64,000 nucleotides of DNA from Escherichia coli (GTDB lineage Bacteria; Pseudomonadota; Gammaproteobacteria; Enterobacterales; Enterobacteriaceae). The notes beneath the pieces were generated by a model. It ran no database searches. It saw nothing but the letters and a program-made list of their open reading frames with translations, and was not told the DNA's origin. Positions 47,073 to 59,900 of this stretch are shown in pieces (within the stretch, counting starts at the first letter, position 1; each line of letters begins with the position of its first letter). The stretch is from NCBI RefSeq assembly GCF_024700885.2, contig NZ_CP117016.1; one strand, 5' to 3'. Position numbers and translations under genes: made by a program.

Positions 47073-48251
47073 TTAACGTGTAATAGAGTACACGGTTCCG
47101 TCTTTTGCCTGGATCAGCAGTTTGCCGTCAGCGGCAACCGGTTCAGTCTGGAAACCGGAACTATCAACTTTTTGCTGGGCAACGAAACGACCATCTTCGA
47201 CGTTAATCCAGTGCAGATAACCTTCACTGTCACCTACCACCAGGTTGCCATTATACAGCACCGGAGAAGTCAGCAGGCGATGCAACAGATCGCTTTGTGT
47301 CCACAGCGTAACGCCGCCATCAATGGTCAACGCCATCACCCGGTCATTTTGATCGACCAGATAGATGCGATTGCCGTCGACGATGAAATCATTCACCGAA
47401 CCCAGTTCGCGTTTCCACATAATCTGACCACTGCGCAGATCAAGCGCCGTCAGGTTACCATTATAGGCCAGCGCGAAAACAACGCCGTTAACAACGACGG
47501 GAGTCGTGTCAACATCGCTCAGACGGTCAATTTCGGTAGAACCGGTCGCCTGGGAAATACGCTGCTGCCAAATCATCTGGCCCTGTTCCATCAGCACTGC
47601 GCTGACGCGACCATTATCGCCACCCACGACAGCCGCACCAAAAGCCGTTGCCGGCGCAGACTCGCCACGCAAAGAGAGCGAAGGCATATCGAGGTTAACT
47701 GTCCATTTGACAGCGCCGTCAGCTTCGTTCAGCGCTTGTAACTGACCGTTACTGGTGTGGATTAACACCAGACCGTCGCTGACCACCGGGCGAGAAAGAG
47801 CTTCACCCGCGACTTTAGTTTGCCATGCCACAGTACCATCGCTGGTATTCAGCGCGTAAACCTGCGCCTTTTCACTGCCAATGTAGACATGCCCGCCAGA
47901 CACGGTCACGCCGCCAGAAAGTAATGCAGGCTCTTTAGAGAACCAGCCATCTTTCTCGGCCAGGCTGACAGACCAGATTTCTTTGCCATCATCCGCATTC
48001 AGCGCTTTTACTAAACCAGCGCGGTCCGCTGCATAGACAACGTTGTCCGCCAGTGCCGGATGAAGATTGGAATAGAAGTTGCCAATGCCGCTACCAACGG
48101 AAGTACTCCACGCCGTGGTCGGCGTAAACTGGTTTTCAACGGTCGGCAATGGGGACATCTTTACCACATCTTCTTCGCTGTTAAACAGCGAACAGCCGCT
48201 TAAAAGGGTAACGGAAAGCAGTCCTGGCAGCAGTAATTTACGCAATTGCAT
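47073..48251 (-). CDS. bamB: BAM complex lipoprotein BamB
   Basis: 392 aa with lipobox LLSGCS and PQQ-like beta-propeller repeats. Confidence 0.95.
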   Translation of the reverse strand: MQLRKLLLPGLLSVTLLSGCSLFNSEEDVVKMSPLPTVENQFTPTTAWSTSVGSGIGNFYSNLHPALADNVVYAADRAGLVKALNADDGKEIWSVSLAEKDGWFSKEPALLSGGVTVSGGHVYIGSEKAQVYALNTSDGTVAWQTKVAGEALSRPVVSDGLVLIHTSNGQLQALNEADGAVKWTVNLDMPSLSLRGESAPATAFGAAVVGGDNGRVSAVLMEQGQMIWQQRISQATGSTEIDRLSDVDTTPVVVNGVVFALAYNGNLTALDLRSGQIMWKRELGSVNDFIVDGNRIYLVDQNDRVMALTIDGGVTLWTQSDLLHRLLTSPVLYNGNLVVGDSEGYLHWINVEDGRFVAQQKVDSSGFQTEPVAADGKLLIQAKDGTVYSITR

Positions 48252-48261
48252 CGGGTCCCTC

Positions 48262-48882
48262 TCAGATGGACAAATTATTAATTTTCATCTGCATCATTTC
48301 GCTCAGTGCCGGGGTAACATCGCTTTTCACGCCTGCTTCCCATGCACTACGCGCACCTTGCTTATCACCTTTGCTCAGCAATGCTTCACCACGCAGGTCG
48401 GCAACAATGGCAGCCCACCCTTCACCTTTGATGGTATCAAGGGTTTTCAGCGCGGCATCAGCCTGCTTGAGCTGAACCTGAACGCGAGCAAGACGCAGAT
48501 TTATCACGGCTTTGAGATTTTCATCGCTCGTGTCTGCCAGCCCCTGTTGTAACTGGGCGGCAGCTTTCTCTAGTTCATTTTTGTCAACAAATTGCTGCGC
48601 AAGTTCCAAAGAAGCCAGCGCACCATAAGTATTTTTATTTTCAGCAGCAAATTTTTCCGCCGCCGGGATGCTATCCGGTTTGCCTTCGCTCACTGCGGTA
48701 ACCGCATTTTGATAGGCAAGAGAAGCGGAGCGTGCAGAATCAACCTGATGGCTGTTCCAGTAGCGCCAGCCAATTAGTGCGCCAACGCCCAAAATCACCC
48801 CAACAGCCAGTGCTTTGCCATTTTCAGCAAAAAAGCGTTTAACCGCTTCTACCTGGTCGTTTTCGTTCTCGTAAATTTCCAC
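48262..48882 (-). CDS. yfgM: membrane-anchored TPR-like ancillary SecYEG protein YfgM
   Basis: 206 aa, single N-terminal TM, helical-repeat periplasmic domain. Synteny with bamB and hisS. Confidence 0.9.
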   Translation of the reverse strand: MEIYENENDQVEAVKRFFAENGKALAVGVILGVGALIGWRYWNSHQVDSARSASLAYQNAVTAVSEGKPDSIPAAEKFAAENKNTYGALASLELAQQFVDKNELEKAAAQLQQGLADTSDENLKAVINLRLARVQVQLKQADAALKTLDTIKGEGWAAIVADLRGEALLSKGDKQGARSAWEAGVKSDVTPALSEMMQMKINNLSI

Positions 48883-48899
48883 GCTGTCCTTCTCCTTCC

Positions 48900-50174
48900 T
48901 TAACCCAGTAACGTGCGCAAATGCGCGGCTACGCTATCCTGCGCAACTGCTGTTTGCTCACCAGAGCGCAAATCCTTCACTACTGCTGTGCCGTTAGCCA
49001 CTTCAGACTCACCCAGCACCACAGCAACGCGGGCACCCCATTTATCAGCACGGGCAAACTGTTTCTTAAAGTTGCCGCCGCCGTGGTTGGTCATCAATTT
49101 CACGCCCGGTAATTCATCACGCAGACGCTCAGCTAATGCCATAGCCGCAGATTGTGTATCAGCACCTGAAGCCACCAGGTATATATCGACAACAGGATCG
49201 GCTTTAAATTCCGGATTAACGGCCTGTACTAACAATACAAGACGTTCGAGGCCCATCGCAAAACCGACAGCCGGTGTTGCACGACCGCCCAGTTGTTCCA
49301 CCAGACCGTCATAACGACCGCCTGCACACACGGTGCCCTGGGAGCCGAGACTGTTAGTCACCCACTCGAAAACGGTACGGTTATAGTAATCCAGACCACG
49401 CACCAGACGCTGGTTTACGGTGTAAGCGATCCCCGCGCTCTCCAGCAGTTTGCACAGACCGGCAAAATGCTCACGAGATTCCTCGTCCAGATAATCGCCT
49501 AATGCCGGAGCGTCGTTGAGAAGCGCCTGCACTTCCGGATTTTTTGAATCCAGCACGCGCAGCGGGTTAGTGTACATGCGGCGTTTGCAGTCTTCGTCCA
49601 GCTTTTCTTTATGCTGCTCAAGGAATGCCACCAGCGCATCGCGGTAATTGGCTCGTGCTTCCAGCGAACCGATAGAGTTCAGCTCAAGAGTTACGTGCTC
49701 GGAGATACCCAGCGCGCGCCACCAGCGGGCGGTGAGCATAATCAGTTCAGCGTCGATATCCGGACCTTGCAGACCGAAAACTTCGCAGCCCAACTGATGG
49801 AACTGACGATAACGCCCTTTCTGCGGACGCTCGTGACGGAACATCGGCCCGATATACCACAGACGCTGTTCCTGATTGTACAGAAGACCATGCTCGATGC
49901 CGGCGCGTACACAGCCCGCCGTCCCTTCAGGGCGCAGAGTCAGGCTGTCGCCATTGCGATCCTCAAAGGTGTACATCTCTTTTTCAACCACGTCGGTGAC
50001 TTCACCAATCGCACGTTTGAATAGCGGGGTCTGCTCTACAATCGGCAAGCGGATTTCACTGTAACCGTAGCTGCCGAGCACGTTTTTCAGTGTGCCTTCA
50101 ATGCGCTGCCAGATGGCCGTTTCGCCAGGCAGGTAATCGTTCATGCCGCGAATGGCTTGAATGTTTTTTGCCAC
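48900..50174 (-). CDS. hisS: histidine--tRNA ligase
   Basis: 424 aa with class II motifs ([24 protein letters not shown]). Confidence 0.95.
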
Positions 50175-50284
50175 GTTTATTCTCTTTCTGAATATAAAAA
50201 TGAACCCTCAACGCTTCCCTCAATGTTTCGGGAGCCATGCGGGTTCAATCATACACGGGAAGCGAGGCGCTTCCCATCACGTTA

Positions 50285-51403
50285 TTATTTTTCAACCTGC
50301 TGAACGTCAATTCGACGCGCTTCGTCCAGCTGACTGGCTTTCGCACGAATGCGCGCTTCCAGCTGGTCGATCATATCGTTGTTGTCCAGACGGTCTTTGC
50401 GCACGCCATCTTCATAGAGGCCGCTTTTCTTGTTACCGCCGGTGACGCCGAGTGTAGAAACCAGCGCCTCACCTGGGCCATTCACCACACAGCCGATAAT
50501 CGAAACGTCCATCGGAGTGATGATATCTTCCAGGCGTTGCTCCAGCGCGTTAACCGTACCGATAACATCAAACTCCTGACGCGAACAGGTTGGACAGGCG
50601 ATGAAGTTGATCCCGCGCGAACGGATACGCAGCGATTTCAAAATATCGAAACCGACTTTGATCTCTTCGACCGGATCAGCCGCCAGCGATACGCGCAGCG
50701 TGTCGCCGATGCCTTCAGACAGCAGCAGACCTAAACCAATGGAGGATTTAACCGCCCCGCTGCGCGCACCACCCGCTTCGGTGATCCCCAGATGCAGCGG
50801 CTGATCGATCTGTTTTGCCAGCAAACGATAAGACTCAACAGCGAGGAATACGTCTGACGCTTTCACGCTGACTTTGAACTGATCGAAGTTCAGGCGATCG
50901 AGATGATCAACATGACGCATGGCGGATTCCAGCAACGCCTGCGGCGTCGGTTCGCCATACTTTTCTTGCAGATCTTTTTCCAGCGATCCGGCGTTAACGC
51001 CAATACGGATCGGAATGTTTTTATCGCGCGCACAGTCAACCACCATGCGAATACGCTCTTCATTACCGATATTGCCAGGGTTAATACGCAGACAATCGAC
51101 GCCGTATTCCGCTACTTTCAGCGCAATGCGATAGTCGAAATGGATGTCAGCCACCAGCGGCACGTTAACCTGCTGTTTGATGAGTTTGAACGCTTCTGCC
51201 GCGTCCATCGTCGGTACTGAGACACGAACGATATCAGCGCCAACGCGTTCCAGCGCCTTGATTTGATTGACCGTTGCTTCGACATCTGTCGTGCGCGTAT
51301 TGGTCATGGACTGTACGGCGATGGGAGCACCATCGCCAATCGGCACATTCCCAACGTAAATACGTGTTGATTTTCTACGTTGAATTGGAGCCTGGTTATG
51401 CAT
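50285..51403 (-). CDS. ispG: 4-hydroxy-3-methylbut-2-enyl diphosphate synthase
   Basis: 372 aa, GcpE family, with Cys ligands in ACPTCSR and [11 protein letters not shown]. Confidence 0.95.
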   Translation of the reverse strand: MHNQAPIQRRKSTRIYVGNVPIGDGAPIAVQSMTNTRTTDVEATVNQIKALERVGADIVRVSVPTMDAAEAFKLIKQQVNVPLVADIHFDYRIALKVAEYGVDCLRINPGNIGNEERIRMVVDCARDKNIPIRIGVNAGSLEKDLQEKYGEPTPQALLESAMRHVDHLDRLNFDQFKVSVKASDVFLAVESYRLLAKQIDQPLHLGITEAGGARSGAVKSSIGLGLLLSEGIGDTLRVSLAADPVEEIKVGFDILKSLRIRSRGINFIACPTCSRQEFDVIGTVNALEQRLEDIITPMDVSIIGCVVNGPGEALVSTLGVTGGNKKSGLYEDGVRKDRLDNNDMIDQLEARIRAKASQLDEARRIDVQQVEK

Positions 51404-51429
51404 GAAAAATCTCCCGCGTTACCCGTCTG

Positions 51430-52443
51430 TTACTGCGCCGGTGATTGTTCGGCATTGAGGGTCAGACGCGCAACCTGGTTAGTTCTGATAAAACGACTCA
51501 GATCGACAGGTTTCCCTTGATACTGGATCTGTACTGCGGCTGGCGCACCAATTTTCAGTTTGTACGGTGCCTGGCCGGTTAAGTTCAAATTACCGTCTTT
51601 ACGTTGCATACCGCTAAACAATTTTTTACCGGTAGCATCAGTGACCTCCAGCCAGCAATCGGCAGTAAAGTTCATCACCAGCGCATTCGGATCAGCCGCC
51701 GGCGTAGTCACGCCTGCCTGATCGGTTGGCAACGGCGCAGCGCCATCTGGCGTTGTTGTTGCCGTTGGTGCCGGGGTCGCGGCGGTATCCACATTTGCCT
51801 GCGAAGGCGAAACAACCGCATTCTGTTGCGGATCAACAGCTGGTGCTGGCGCAGTTACGGCAGGTGTTTGCGTGTTGGTTGCGGTAGTATCCACAGACGC
51901 TGGCGGCGTGGACGTTGTAGCCGGGTCTGTAGTTGTCGACGTATTTAACGGAACACTCTGCCCCTGCTCACTATTACTGCTTAGTTCCGCCGAAGATTGA
52001 TCGGCCATAGTGGTGATCTCTTCCTGCTGAGCCTTGTGGTCTTGCCACCACCAGGCACCGCTCAGGCCAATGACAACAAACAACACCAGCCAGGTGAAGG
52101 TCATCAGCCAGCCGTCGCGTTTTTTGCGGCGTTTACCGAGGGAAAAACTCTGCATCGGCGCAACTTTTGCAGCCCGTAGTGGAGCCTGCTTTTCCAGCCC
52201 TGGCAGCAGTTCTTCTTCTGGAATATGTACCAGACGCGCATAAGAGCGGATATATCCGCGCAGGAATGTTGAAGCAAGATCGGCGGGGGCCTTATCTTCT
52301 TCAATGTCGCGTACCGTGGAAACCTTCAGGCAAAGTCGCTCGGCAACGGCCTGCTGACTAAGTCCTAGTTGTTCGCGAGCATTACGCAGGCGAGCGCCGG
52401 TAGTAAGTGCTTCATTTTGGTCGTGCGTGGCTTCAGTATTCAT
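51430..52443 (-). CDS. rodZ: cytoskeleton protein RodZ
   Basis: 337 aa: N-terminal HTH, central TM helix, Thr/Pro/Ala-rich linker. Confidence 0.9.
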   Translation of the reverse strand: MNTEATHDQNEALTTGARLRNAREQLGLSQQAVAERLCLKVSTVRDIEEDKAPADLASTFLRGYIRSYARLVHIPEEELLPGLEKQAPLRAAKVAPMQSFSLGKRRKKRDGWLMTFTWLVLFVVIGLSGAWWWQDHKAQQEEITTMADQSSAELSSNSEQGQSVPLNTSTTTDPATTSTPPASVDTTATNTQTPAVTAPAPAVDPQQNAVVSPSQANVDTAATPAPTATTTPDGAAPLPTDQAGVTTPAADPNALVMNFTADCWLEVTDATGKKLFSGMQRKDGNLNLTGQAPYKLKIGAPAAVQIQYQGKPVDLSRFIRTNQVARLTLNAEQSPAQ

Positions 52444-52687
52444 TCGCTGCAGGTACGTTTAAATGAGAATTGAGATGCCGGTGAACCATCATGCTCACCC
52501 ACACCGCGAAACATCCGTTAAGTTAACCGTTATCATACAGTATAAGACCGTCTGTGTGCTCGTGACAAAGCCCACATTCACTAAGGCTAACTTACTGTTG
52601 CATCGTTACATACTGCCTTAAAGTCAGCAAAAACGCACCGTTAATATTGACCAGACAATTGCAACTTAATACTTCATTCATAAAAGA

Positions 52688-52721
52688 TTACGCCACGGTA
52701 CATAAAGTAACCGTGGCGTAA
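52688..52721 (-). terminator. terminator downstream of rlmN
   Basis: 12-bp stem TTACGCCACGGT / ACCGTGGCGTAA, with a T-rich tract on the minus strand. Confidence 0.65.
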
Positions 52722-52727
52722 TGGCTA

Positions 52728-53882
52728 TCAGACCGCTTTAATGTCGATGGCTTCACCCTGCATCCGTTTACGCAGAGTACGTTTCGTACGGTCGATAACA
52801 TCGCCCGCCAACTGTCCACAGGCAGCATCGATATCATCACCACGAGTTTTACGCACAATAGTGGTGAAACCGTAGCTCATCAGCACTTTTGAGAAACGGT
52901 CGATACGGCTGTTCGAACTGCGTCCATACGGCGCGCCAGGGAACGGGTTCCACGGGATCAGGTTGATCTTACACGGCGTATCTTTCAGTAGCTCCGCCAG
53001 TTGGTGCGCGTGTTCAGTGCCGTCGTTAACGTGGTCAAGCATCACGTATTCAATAGTGACTCGGCCCTGATTGGCGTTGGATTTCTCCAGATAACGGCGC
53101 ACCGCAGCAAGGAACGTTTCGATATTGTACTTTTTGTTGATCGGCACAATTTCGTCACGAATTTCATCGTTCGGCGCGTGCAGGGAAATTGCCAGTGCAA
53201 CGTCGATCATATCGCCCAGTTTATCCAGCGCCGGAACTACACCGGAAGTGGAAAGCGTCACGCGACGTTTAGACAGACCAAAGCCAAAGTCATCCAACAT
53301 GATTTCCATCGCCGGAACGACGTTGTTCAGGTTGAGCAGCGGCTCGCCCATGCCCATCATCACTACGTTAGTGATTGGGCGCTGACCGGTGACTTTTGCT
53401 GCGCCGACAATTTTCGCCGCACGCCACACCTGGCCGATAATTTCCGATACCCGCAGGTTGCGGTTAAAGCCCTGCTGGGCGGTGGAACAGAATTTACACT
53501 CCAGCGCACACCCTACCTGCGAAGAGACGCAGAGCGTGGCACGGTCGTCTTCCGGGATATACACCGTTTCAACGCGCTGATCGCCAACGGCGATCGCCCA
53601 TTTAATGGTGCCGTCAGATGAACGCTGTTCTTCAACCACTTCCGGTGCACGGATTTCCGCCACCTCTTTCAGTTTGCCGCGCAACACTTTATTGATGTCG
53701 GTCATCTCATCAAAGTTGTCGCAGCAATAGTGATACATCCACTTCATCACCTGATCGGCGCGGAAGGGTTTTTCACCTAAATCTTTAAAAAACTCCCGCA
53801 TCTGCTGACGGTTGAGATCCAGCAGGTTGATTTTTCCATCTTTCGTGGTGACGTTTTCAGGTGTGACTAATTGTTCAGACAT
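52728..53882 (-). CDS. rlmN: 23S rRNA/tRNA A2503/A37 C2-methyltransferase (radical SAM)
   Basis: 384 aa with radical-SAM cluster [10 protein letters not shown]. Confidence 0.95.
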
Positions 53883-54031
53883 ATGCTATTCCGGCCTCGT
53901 TATTACACGTTATGGCCCCTGGAGGGTTGAAAAAAGAAACGCCCCGGTGAGCGGCTGCTCGTCCGGGGGCGCTGCATTGTACAAATTCTGGCGCATGGAT
54001 GCCACGTTTGCACGCGGCATTTACGAAATTA

Positions 54032-54463
54032 TTAACGGGTGCGCGGGCACACTTCGCCTTCGCCGAAGAAATAAGCGATTTCGCGAGCGGCAGATTCGAC
54101 GGAATCAGAACCGTGGGTACCGTTTTCGGTCAGGCTGTCAGCGTAATCAGCGCGCAGAGTACCGGCCAGTGCATTTGCCGGATTGGTCGCGCCCAGCAGA
54201 TCGCGGTGACGCTGAACGGCGTTTTCACCTTCCAGCACGGAAACCACGATCGGGCCAGAGGTCATGAATTCAACCAGACCATCAAAGAACGGTTTTCCAT
54301 CGTGTTCAGCATAAAAGCCACGAGCCTGTTCAACGGTCAGGTGCAGCATTTTGGTGCCGACAATTTTGAACCCTGCAGCTTCAAAGCGCGCAAAGATATT
54401 ACCAATGACGTTTTTTGCTACCGCGTTCGGTTTGATGATGGAAAAAGTACGTTCAATAGCCAT
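54032..54463 (-). CDS. ndk: nucleoside diphosphate kinase
   Basis: 143 aa with active-site NGTHGSDS. Confidence 0.95.
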
Positions 54464-54611
54464 TTTTACCTCTGTAAATTGTTCTGTTGTTGTCTGTACC
54501 AGCGTACGAGATGGCGCGGATTATAATGAGCAACAGGGCCGTTGACTATTGATGAAGGTAACATTTTTTTAAAATAAACCTAGTTTAAGCAACAATCAGG
54601 GACAAAACAGA

Positions 54612-56924
54612 CTATTGCATGACAAATTTCACTGTCGCGATTTGCCCCACCTCATCCATCACCAGCAATTGATAATCGCCTTTATCCATCAAATGCAGGG
54701 TCACGTTGCGCCCGCGTTCAGTTAACGGTTCGCCATTCAGAAACCACCAGCGTTCACCTGCCCCTCCACTTGATTGCAACGGCAAAGTCGCTTCCGCTGC
54801 GCCCGGTAAACGTTTAATAATCGCGCCATCGCGAACACCTGTCAGCTGCAGTGGGAGTTGTGCATCGTGACCGTATGGCGGGCAAATTGTCGAGGCCGGT
54901 GGTAAGCGCACAGCGCGGCGTTCTGATGCGGGCAACCAGGGTTCCAGCGGTAGCGGCCAGACATTTATCATTTCTTGTCGCGCTTGCGGGCAATCAGCGG
55001 CAACACGTTTGCCATTTTCATCCAGCCAGATGGGGAAACGAATGCCATTAATGCCTTCCTGCTCCGGCAGTAATAGAGTTGGCGGCTGGCTCCCGTCCAG
55101 CAGCCAGGTTGCCAGGCGGCGGCGACAGTTACCGTCACCTTCCGGCAAAGACTGTCCGCCCGGCCAGCAGATAACACCACGACTTACAGAGTCAGGACGT
55201 GGGTCTTCCGGCAGATTCGCACTGCGCGACAGTAAGATATTATTAACCTGATTCAACAATGGTACGGCGCTGGCAAAGCCAAACTGACCAACAACGGGCG
55301 TGCCGTCCGGTCTGCCAGTCCAGATCCCAATAACATAGCGAGCGTTAACCCCAATCGCCCAGGCGTCACGATAGCCATAGCTGGTGCCCGTTTTCCATGC
55401 CAGTGGGGCGACGCGCGGCAAGGCACTATCCGGCAAGGGTTGCGCTTCATCAGCCATAATCCGGCGGATGATCCACGCAGCCCCCGACGACATTAAAGGC
55501 CGTTCAAGCAGCGGATCGTCAGGCTGTAAGCGCAATTTACCTGCCTTGCCGTGGCGAGCAAACGCGGTATACGCTGCCGCCATATCTTCCAGTTTTGCAC
55601 CAGCGCCGCCGAGAATGAGCGAAAGATTCGGTGCAGCACCGTTGGGCAAATATAGCGGCAATCCAACATTGCGTAACTTTGCCGCAAACCGTTTCGGTCC
55701 ATAGGCTTCCAGCACCTGCACAGCAGGTAAGTTCAGCGAGCGCACCAGCGCCTCACTCATGCTGATCGGGCCATGAAAACCGCTGTCAAAGTTGCCAGGT
55801 CGGTAATCACCGGTGCGCCGGGGTACGTCTTGCAACAGCGATGCCGGGTGGATCAAGCCTTCATCCAGCGCCAGACCATAAACAAACGGTTTGAGCACCG
55901 ATCCTGGCGATCGGATCGCATTGACCATATCAACATGACCAAAGCGTGAATCATCGTTGAGATCAACCGATCCCACCCAGCCGCGAACACGCATATCGGT
56001 ATGATCAACAACGATCATCGCCAGTGAGCTGCGCGGTGGTAATCGTCCTTTCCAGTTTTGCGCCAGTTCTTCCAGACGTCGTTGAAGACCGGCATCCAGC
56101 GTCGTAACGATTTTGTCGCTTTTGCTTTTACCGAGCATCATGCGCGAAAACAGCGGTGCCAGTTGCGGCATTTGTCGGGGTGCCAGCCAGATGGGTTCTT
56201 CCCTTGACTCTTTTACCTGCTCACGGGACCACACACCTTGCACGGCCATCCGTTCGAGCACTTTATTACGCGCGGCTTCGGCACGCTCCGGCCAACGATC
56301 CGGGCGTAGTCGGCTGGGTGCTTGCGGCAAAACCGCCAGCATTGCCGCCTCGGAATAGCTTAAATTCGCAGGCGACTTTCCGAGATAAGCCCAACTTGCC
56401 GCACCGATCCCCTGCAACGTACCGCCAAACGGAGCGCGGTTAAGATACAAGGTCAGAATTTCACGCTTAGGCAGATGCCATTCCAGTTGCAACGCGCGCC
56501 AGAGCTGGCGAATTTTGCCGCCAAATGTTTTGGGGTGAGGATCAAGCAGACGAGCAACCTGCATAGTGAGCGTGCTGCCACCGGAAATAACCCGTCCCGA
56601 AGTGAGATCTTGCCATGCTGCGCGCGCCACCGAGAATGGATTCACCCCCGGATGCTTCCAGAACCAGCGATCTTCATAATTGATCAGCGCTTCAAGGTAA
56701 CGTGGAGAAACATCTTCGATTGTTACCGGATAACGCCAGATGCCGTCAGCATCGGCGAAGCGCCAGAGCGGCGTCCCATCCTGAGCCACAACCACTCGTG
56801 CGGGATTGACTTCATGCAGCGGTAGAGGCCAGAGTTTATCTGCTCCCCACGCTGCAAGAAAAAGGAGAAAGGGCGCGGCTGCCAGCGTTATCCAGCAGCC
56901 GCGTTTGGTTAACAGGCGAGGCAT
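54612..56924 (-). CDS. pbpC: penicillin-binding protein 1C
   Basis: 770 aa with glycosyltransferase motif EDRWFWKHPGVNP and a transpeptidase module. Abuts the yfhM stop. Confidence 0.9.
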   Translation of the reverse strand: MPRLLTKRGCWITLAAAPFLLFLAAWGADKLWPLPLHEVNPARVVVAQDGTPLWRFADADGIWRYPVTIEDVSPRYLEALINYEDRWFWKHPGVNPFSVARAAWQDLTSGRVISGGSTLTMQVARLLDPHPKTFGGKIRQLWRALQLEWHLPKREILTLYLNRAPFGGTLQGIGAASWAYLGKSPANLSYSEAAMLAVLPQAPSRLRPDRWPERAEAARNKVLERMAVQGVWSREQVKESREEPIWLAPRQMPQLAPLFSRMMLGKSKSDKIVTTLDAGLQRRLEELAQNWKGRLPPRSSLAMIVVDHTDMRVRGWVGSVDLNDDSRFGHVDMVNAIRSPGSVLKPFVYGLALDEGLIHPASLLQDVPRRTGDYRPGNFDSGFHGPISMSEALVRSLNLPAVQVLEAYGPKRFAAKLRNVGLPLYLPNGAAPNLSLILGGAGAKLEDMAAAYTAFARHGKAGKLRLQPDDPLLERPLMSSGAAWIIRRIMADEAQPLPDSALPRVAPLAWKTGTSYGYRDAWAIGVNARYVIGIWTGRPDGTPVVGQFGFASAVPLLNQVNNILLSRSANLPEDPRPDSVSRGVICWPGGQSLPEGDGNCRRRLATWLLDGSQPPTLLLPEQEGINGIRFPIWLDENGKRVAADCPQARQEMINVWPLPLEPWLPASERRAVRLPPASTICPPYGHDAQLPLQLTGVRDGAIIKRLPGAAEATLPLQSSGGAGERWWFLNGEPLTERGRNVTLHLMDKGDYQLLVMDEVGQIATVKFVMQ

Positions 56925-59900
56925 TTACGGTCTGACAATCAGCAAATCTTCAGCCGCGCCGGTCGCCCGCCATTGGGGAACATACATTGATTCCACCATC
57001 GGTTGCGGTACCTGATACGTTCCCGGCGTCACCGCCCGCGCCAGATACACCAGCGTTACCGGTTGGTATTCATCAACGGCAACCGCCGCCACAAAGCGAT
57101 CGTCACGGAACTCAATGTGCTTAATGCTCGCCTGCTGCATCTGGTTCAGTAAGTTTTGCACTTCGCCACCACTTTGCTCCAGGCTGGCGCTACCGTTCGC
57201 CAGATTCTGGTTTTCCAGTTCCAGACCCGCAGGCAGCAGATCCACGACTAACGCATCCGGCACGCTGTTACTGGCTTTAACCTGCAACCAGACCAGCACC
57301 AGATCGCCGCTACGTAACGAGTCCAGCGATTTGCTCTTACCATCAGTACCAAGAATATGACGCTCGATTTGCAGCACATTGTTCGCCGGTAAAGGTGCGG
57401 ATTGCGGATAACCGTTGGCATCCACACGCAGCCATAACGGCTGATCGCCACTGTTGGTCACCTGCAAGGTGGCAAGTTGATCGCTATTCAGATTGCTGTT
57501 TTGCGCTTTCTCGCCTGTCAGCGGCTCAGCTGAGAAAGAGGTTTGCGCCTGCCATTTACCCGGTAAATCCTGGATCGTACGGGCAGCCATGAACAACGCG
57601 TTGCTTTCCTGCGTCGATAGCCAGCGTTCACCAAACGCCTGCTGCGAAAGCGTGTTCAGCAAAGTGTTTTGCTCATCGGGTAGCAGTTTATTTTCTTCCA
57701 GCAAGGAGAGCATTAACGCGTTGTCGCGCAGTGGGCTACCGTAATCACCCAGCCATTTCCGCTCATCATTACGCGGCGTTTTCAGCGCCAGCGCAATCGC
57801 TTCTTCACTACGCGTCGCATCCCCCATGGTTTTCAGCGCAACGCCAAGTTGCAGCAGCGGTAATCCAGACGCAGCATCTGCACGATGCTCCCAGATTTCA
57901 CGCAGCGCACCCAGTGGTGCTTTTTGCTGACGGGCCAGCACCAGCGCAGCGTAAGACTGTACGGCGAATTTACTGGCTTTGAGATTATCCGCGTACGGGA
58001 TCGACATCATGCCCGGATCTTGTAAATAGCGCAGCAGACGCTCATTTCCCCGGTTAATGACGTCTGTCGGCACGCTGTAACCCTGCTCACCTGCGCGGAC
58101 CAGGAAATCCATCACGTAAGCCGTCAGCCAGTACTCTTCGTCACCGTTTTTATCCCACAGCGCAAAGCCGCCGTTATCACGTTGCATTTGCAGCAAACGG
58201 GAAATGCCGATATCGACCGATGCACGGCGCTTCTCATCACTGTCGCCTTTGATGCCCAACGCCTGCAGTTGGGCTGCGTTGGTATAAAGTGACGGGAACA
58301 GGCCGCTGGCGGTTTGCTCAAGACAGCCGTACGGATACGCTTTTAACTCTTTGATATAACGTGCGATGTTCAGCGGTGGTTTGCCGCTCAACAACAATTG
58401 CCCTTCCAGTGTAACAGGCGAGAAGTTTTGCAATCCATCCGCCGGAATCGCCCATGTCTCACCAGGCTGCAACGCCGTACCGTAATTAACCGTTTGTGCC
58501 GGGAACGCCGGACGGACGCCGATTTTCCACTGCTTATGCTGATCGGCAACGGTTTCACCCGGTAACGCTAACCCGCTAATGGTGGCCTGAATTTCTCCAT
58601 CGCCATAACCCGGCAATGCTCGCACCGGGATAAACAGCGTAGTACGCACACCTGGCGCTAATTCAACGGCTGCGGGTGAAACGCTGACCAGTTCAAGCAA
58701 ACCACTGGCGGTCAGGGCAACGTTCAGTTTTTGCGGTTTATCGGTAAGATTAGTGATATCCAGCGTCAGACGCGAGGTATCGCCACTCGCCATAAAGCGC
58801 GGCATGTTCAGTTCAGCAATCACCGGTGCGGCAACTATCACTTTGCTTTCGTTGCTACCGAAGTCATCTGCCGTCCAGGCTTGCGCCATGACGCGTAGTT
58901 CACCGTTAAAATCGCCAATCGGCAGTGTAACCGAGCCTTCGCCCTGTTCGTTGAGCGTTACCGGCAGCGCCTGCTGCGCGACAATATTGACGTGATTGAC
59001 CGGCGGTTTACCACCACGTTTCAGCTCATCACCATCGCCACCAAAACGCAGAGCTGCCAGACGCCCCTGACCTTCAATGACCTGACCGTAAATATCGTAA
59101 ATGTCTGCACCATAGCGTTTCTGACCAAAGAACGCCTGCCACGGATCGGGGGTAACGTAATCAGTAATATTCAGCACACCGCTATCAACGGCAGACACCA
59201 GCACATTCACCTGTTTTGGCATCTCACCATTTTTATTGCTGGCTTTAATTTTCACGGTTAATGGCTGATTGGGGCGCATTTTGGTGGGGGTTTCCAGCGC
59301 CAGATCGAGACGACGGTTTTCATCGCCAAGCGGCAGATGCAACACCCCAACTGCGCGTTTTGGCGTCGCAGAGCGAGATTTATCGCCAGGACGTACCACC
59401 AGCGTACTTAAATACAAATCATGACGATTCCAGGTTTTATCGACCGGAATCGTCAGATCCAGCCCTTGAGCCGGAACATCAATCTCTTGCCACCACAGCG
59501 GCCCTTCACTGGACTCGACCATCGCATAACCTTTACCCGCCGTTGGCGCGGCGATATGCAACTTAATGGTGTCGCCAGGGCGATAACTGGCTTTATCCAG
59601 TTTCAGCGTGACACGGTCCGGACGCACTGCGCCGCTCCCGTCGCTGTTGTCCTGCCAGCTATAGCCAGCCCAGAAACGCACACTACTGACCGCTTCATTC
59701 GGCGCTTTGACTTCCAGACGATAAGCGCCCCACTCTACCGGGAAACTGACCTTGCCGGTTTCGTCCGCTTTCAGATCCAGAGTTTGTTCATTTTCAATCA
59801 GATCTTTTTGATCAAACTGTGATTGCCAGCCTTCATCTTCTGACCAGTTCCAGTAGTAATCGCGGCGTTCGCGAATCAGGCGCACCTGCAAGCCCGACAC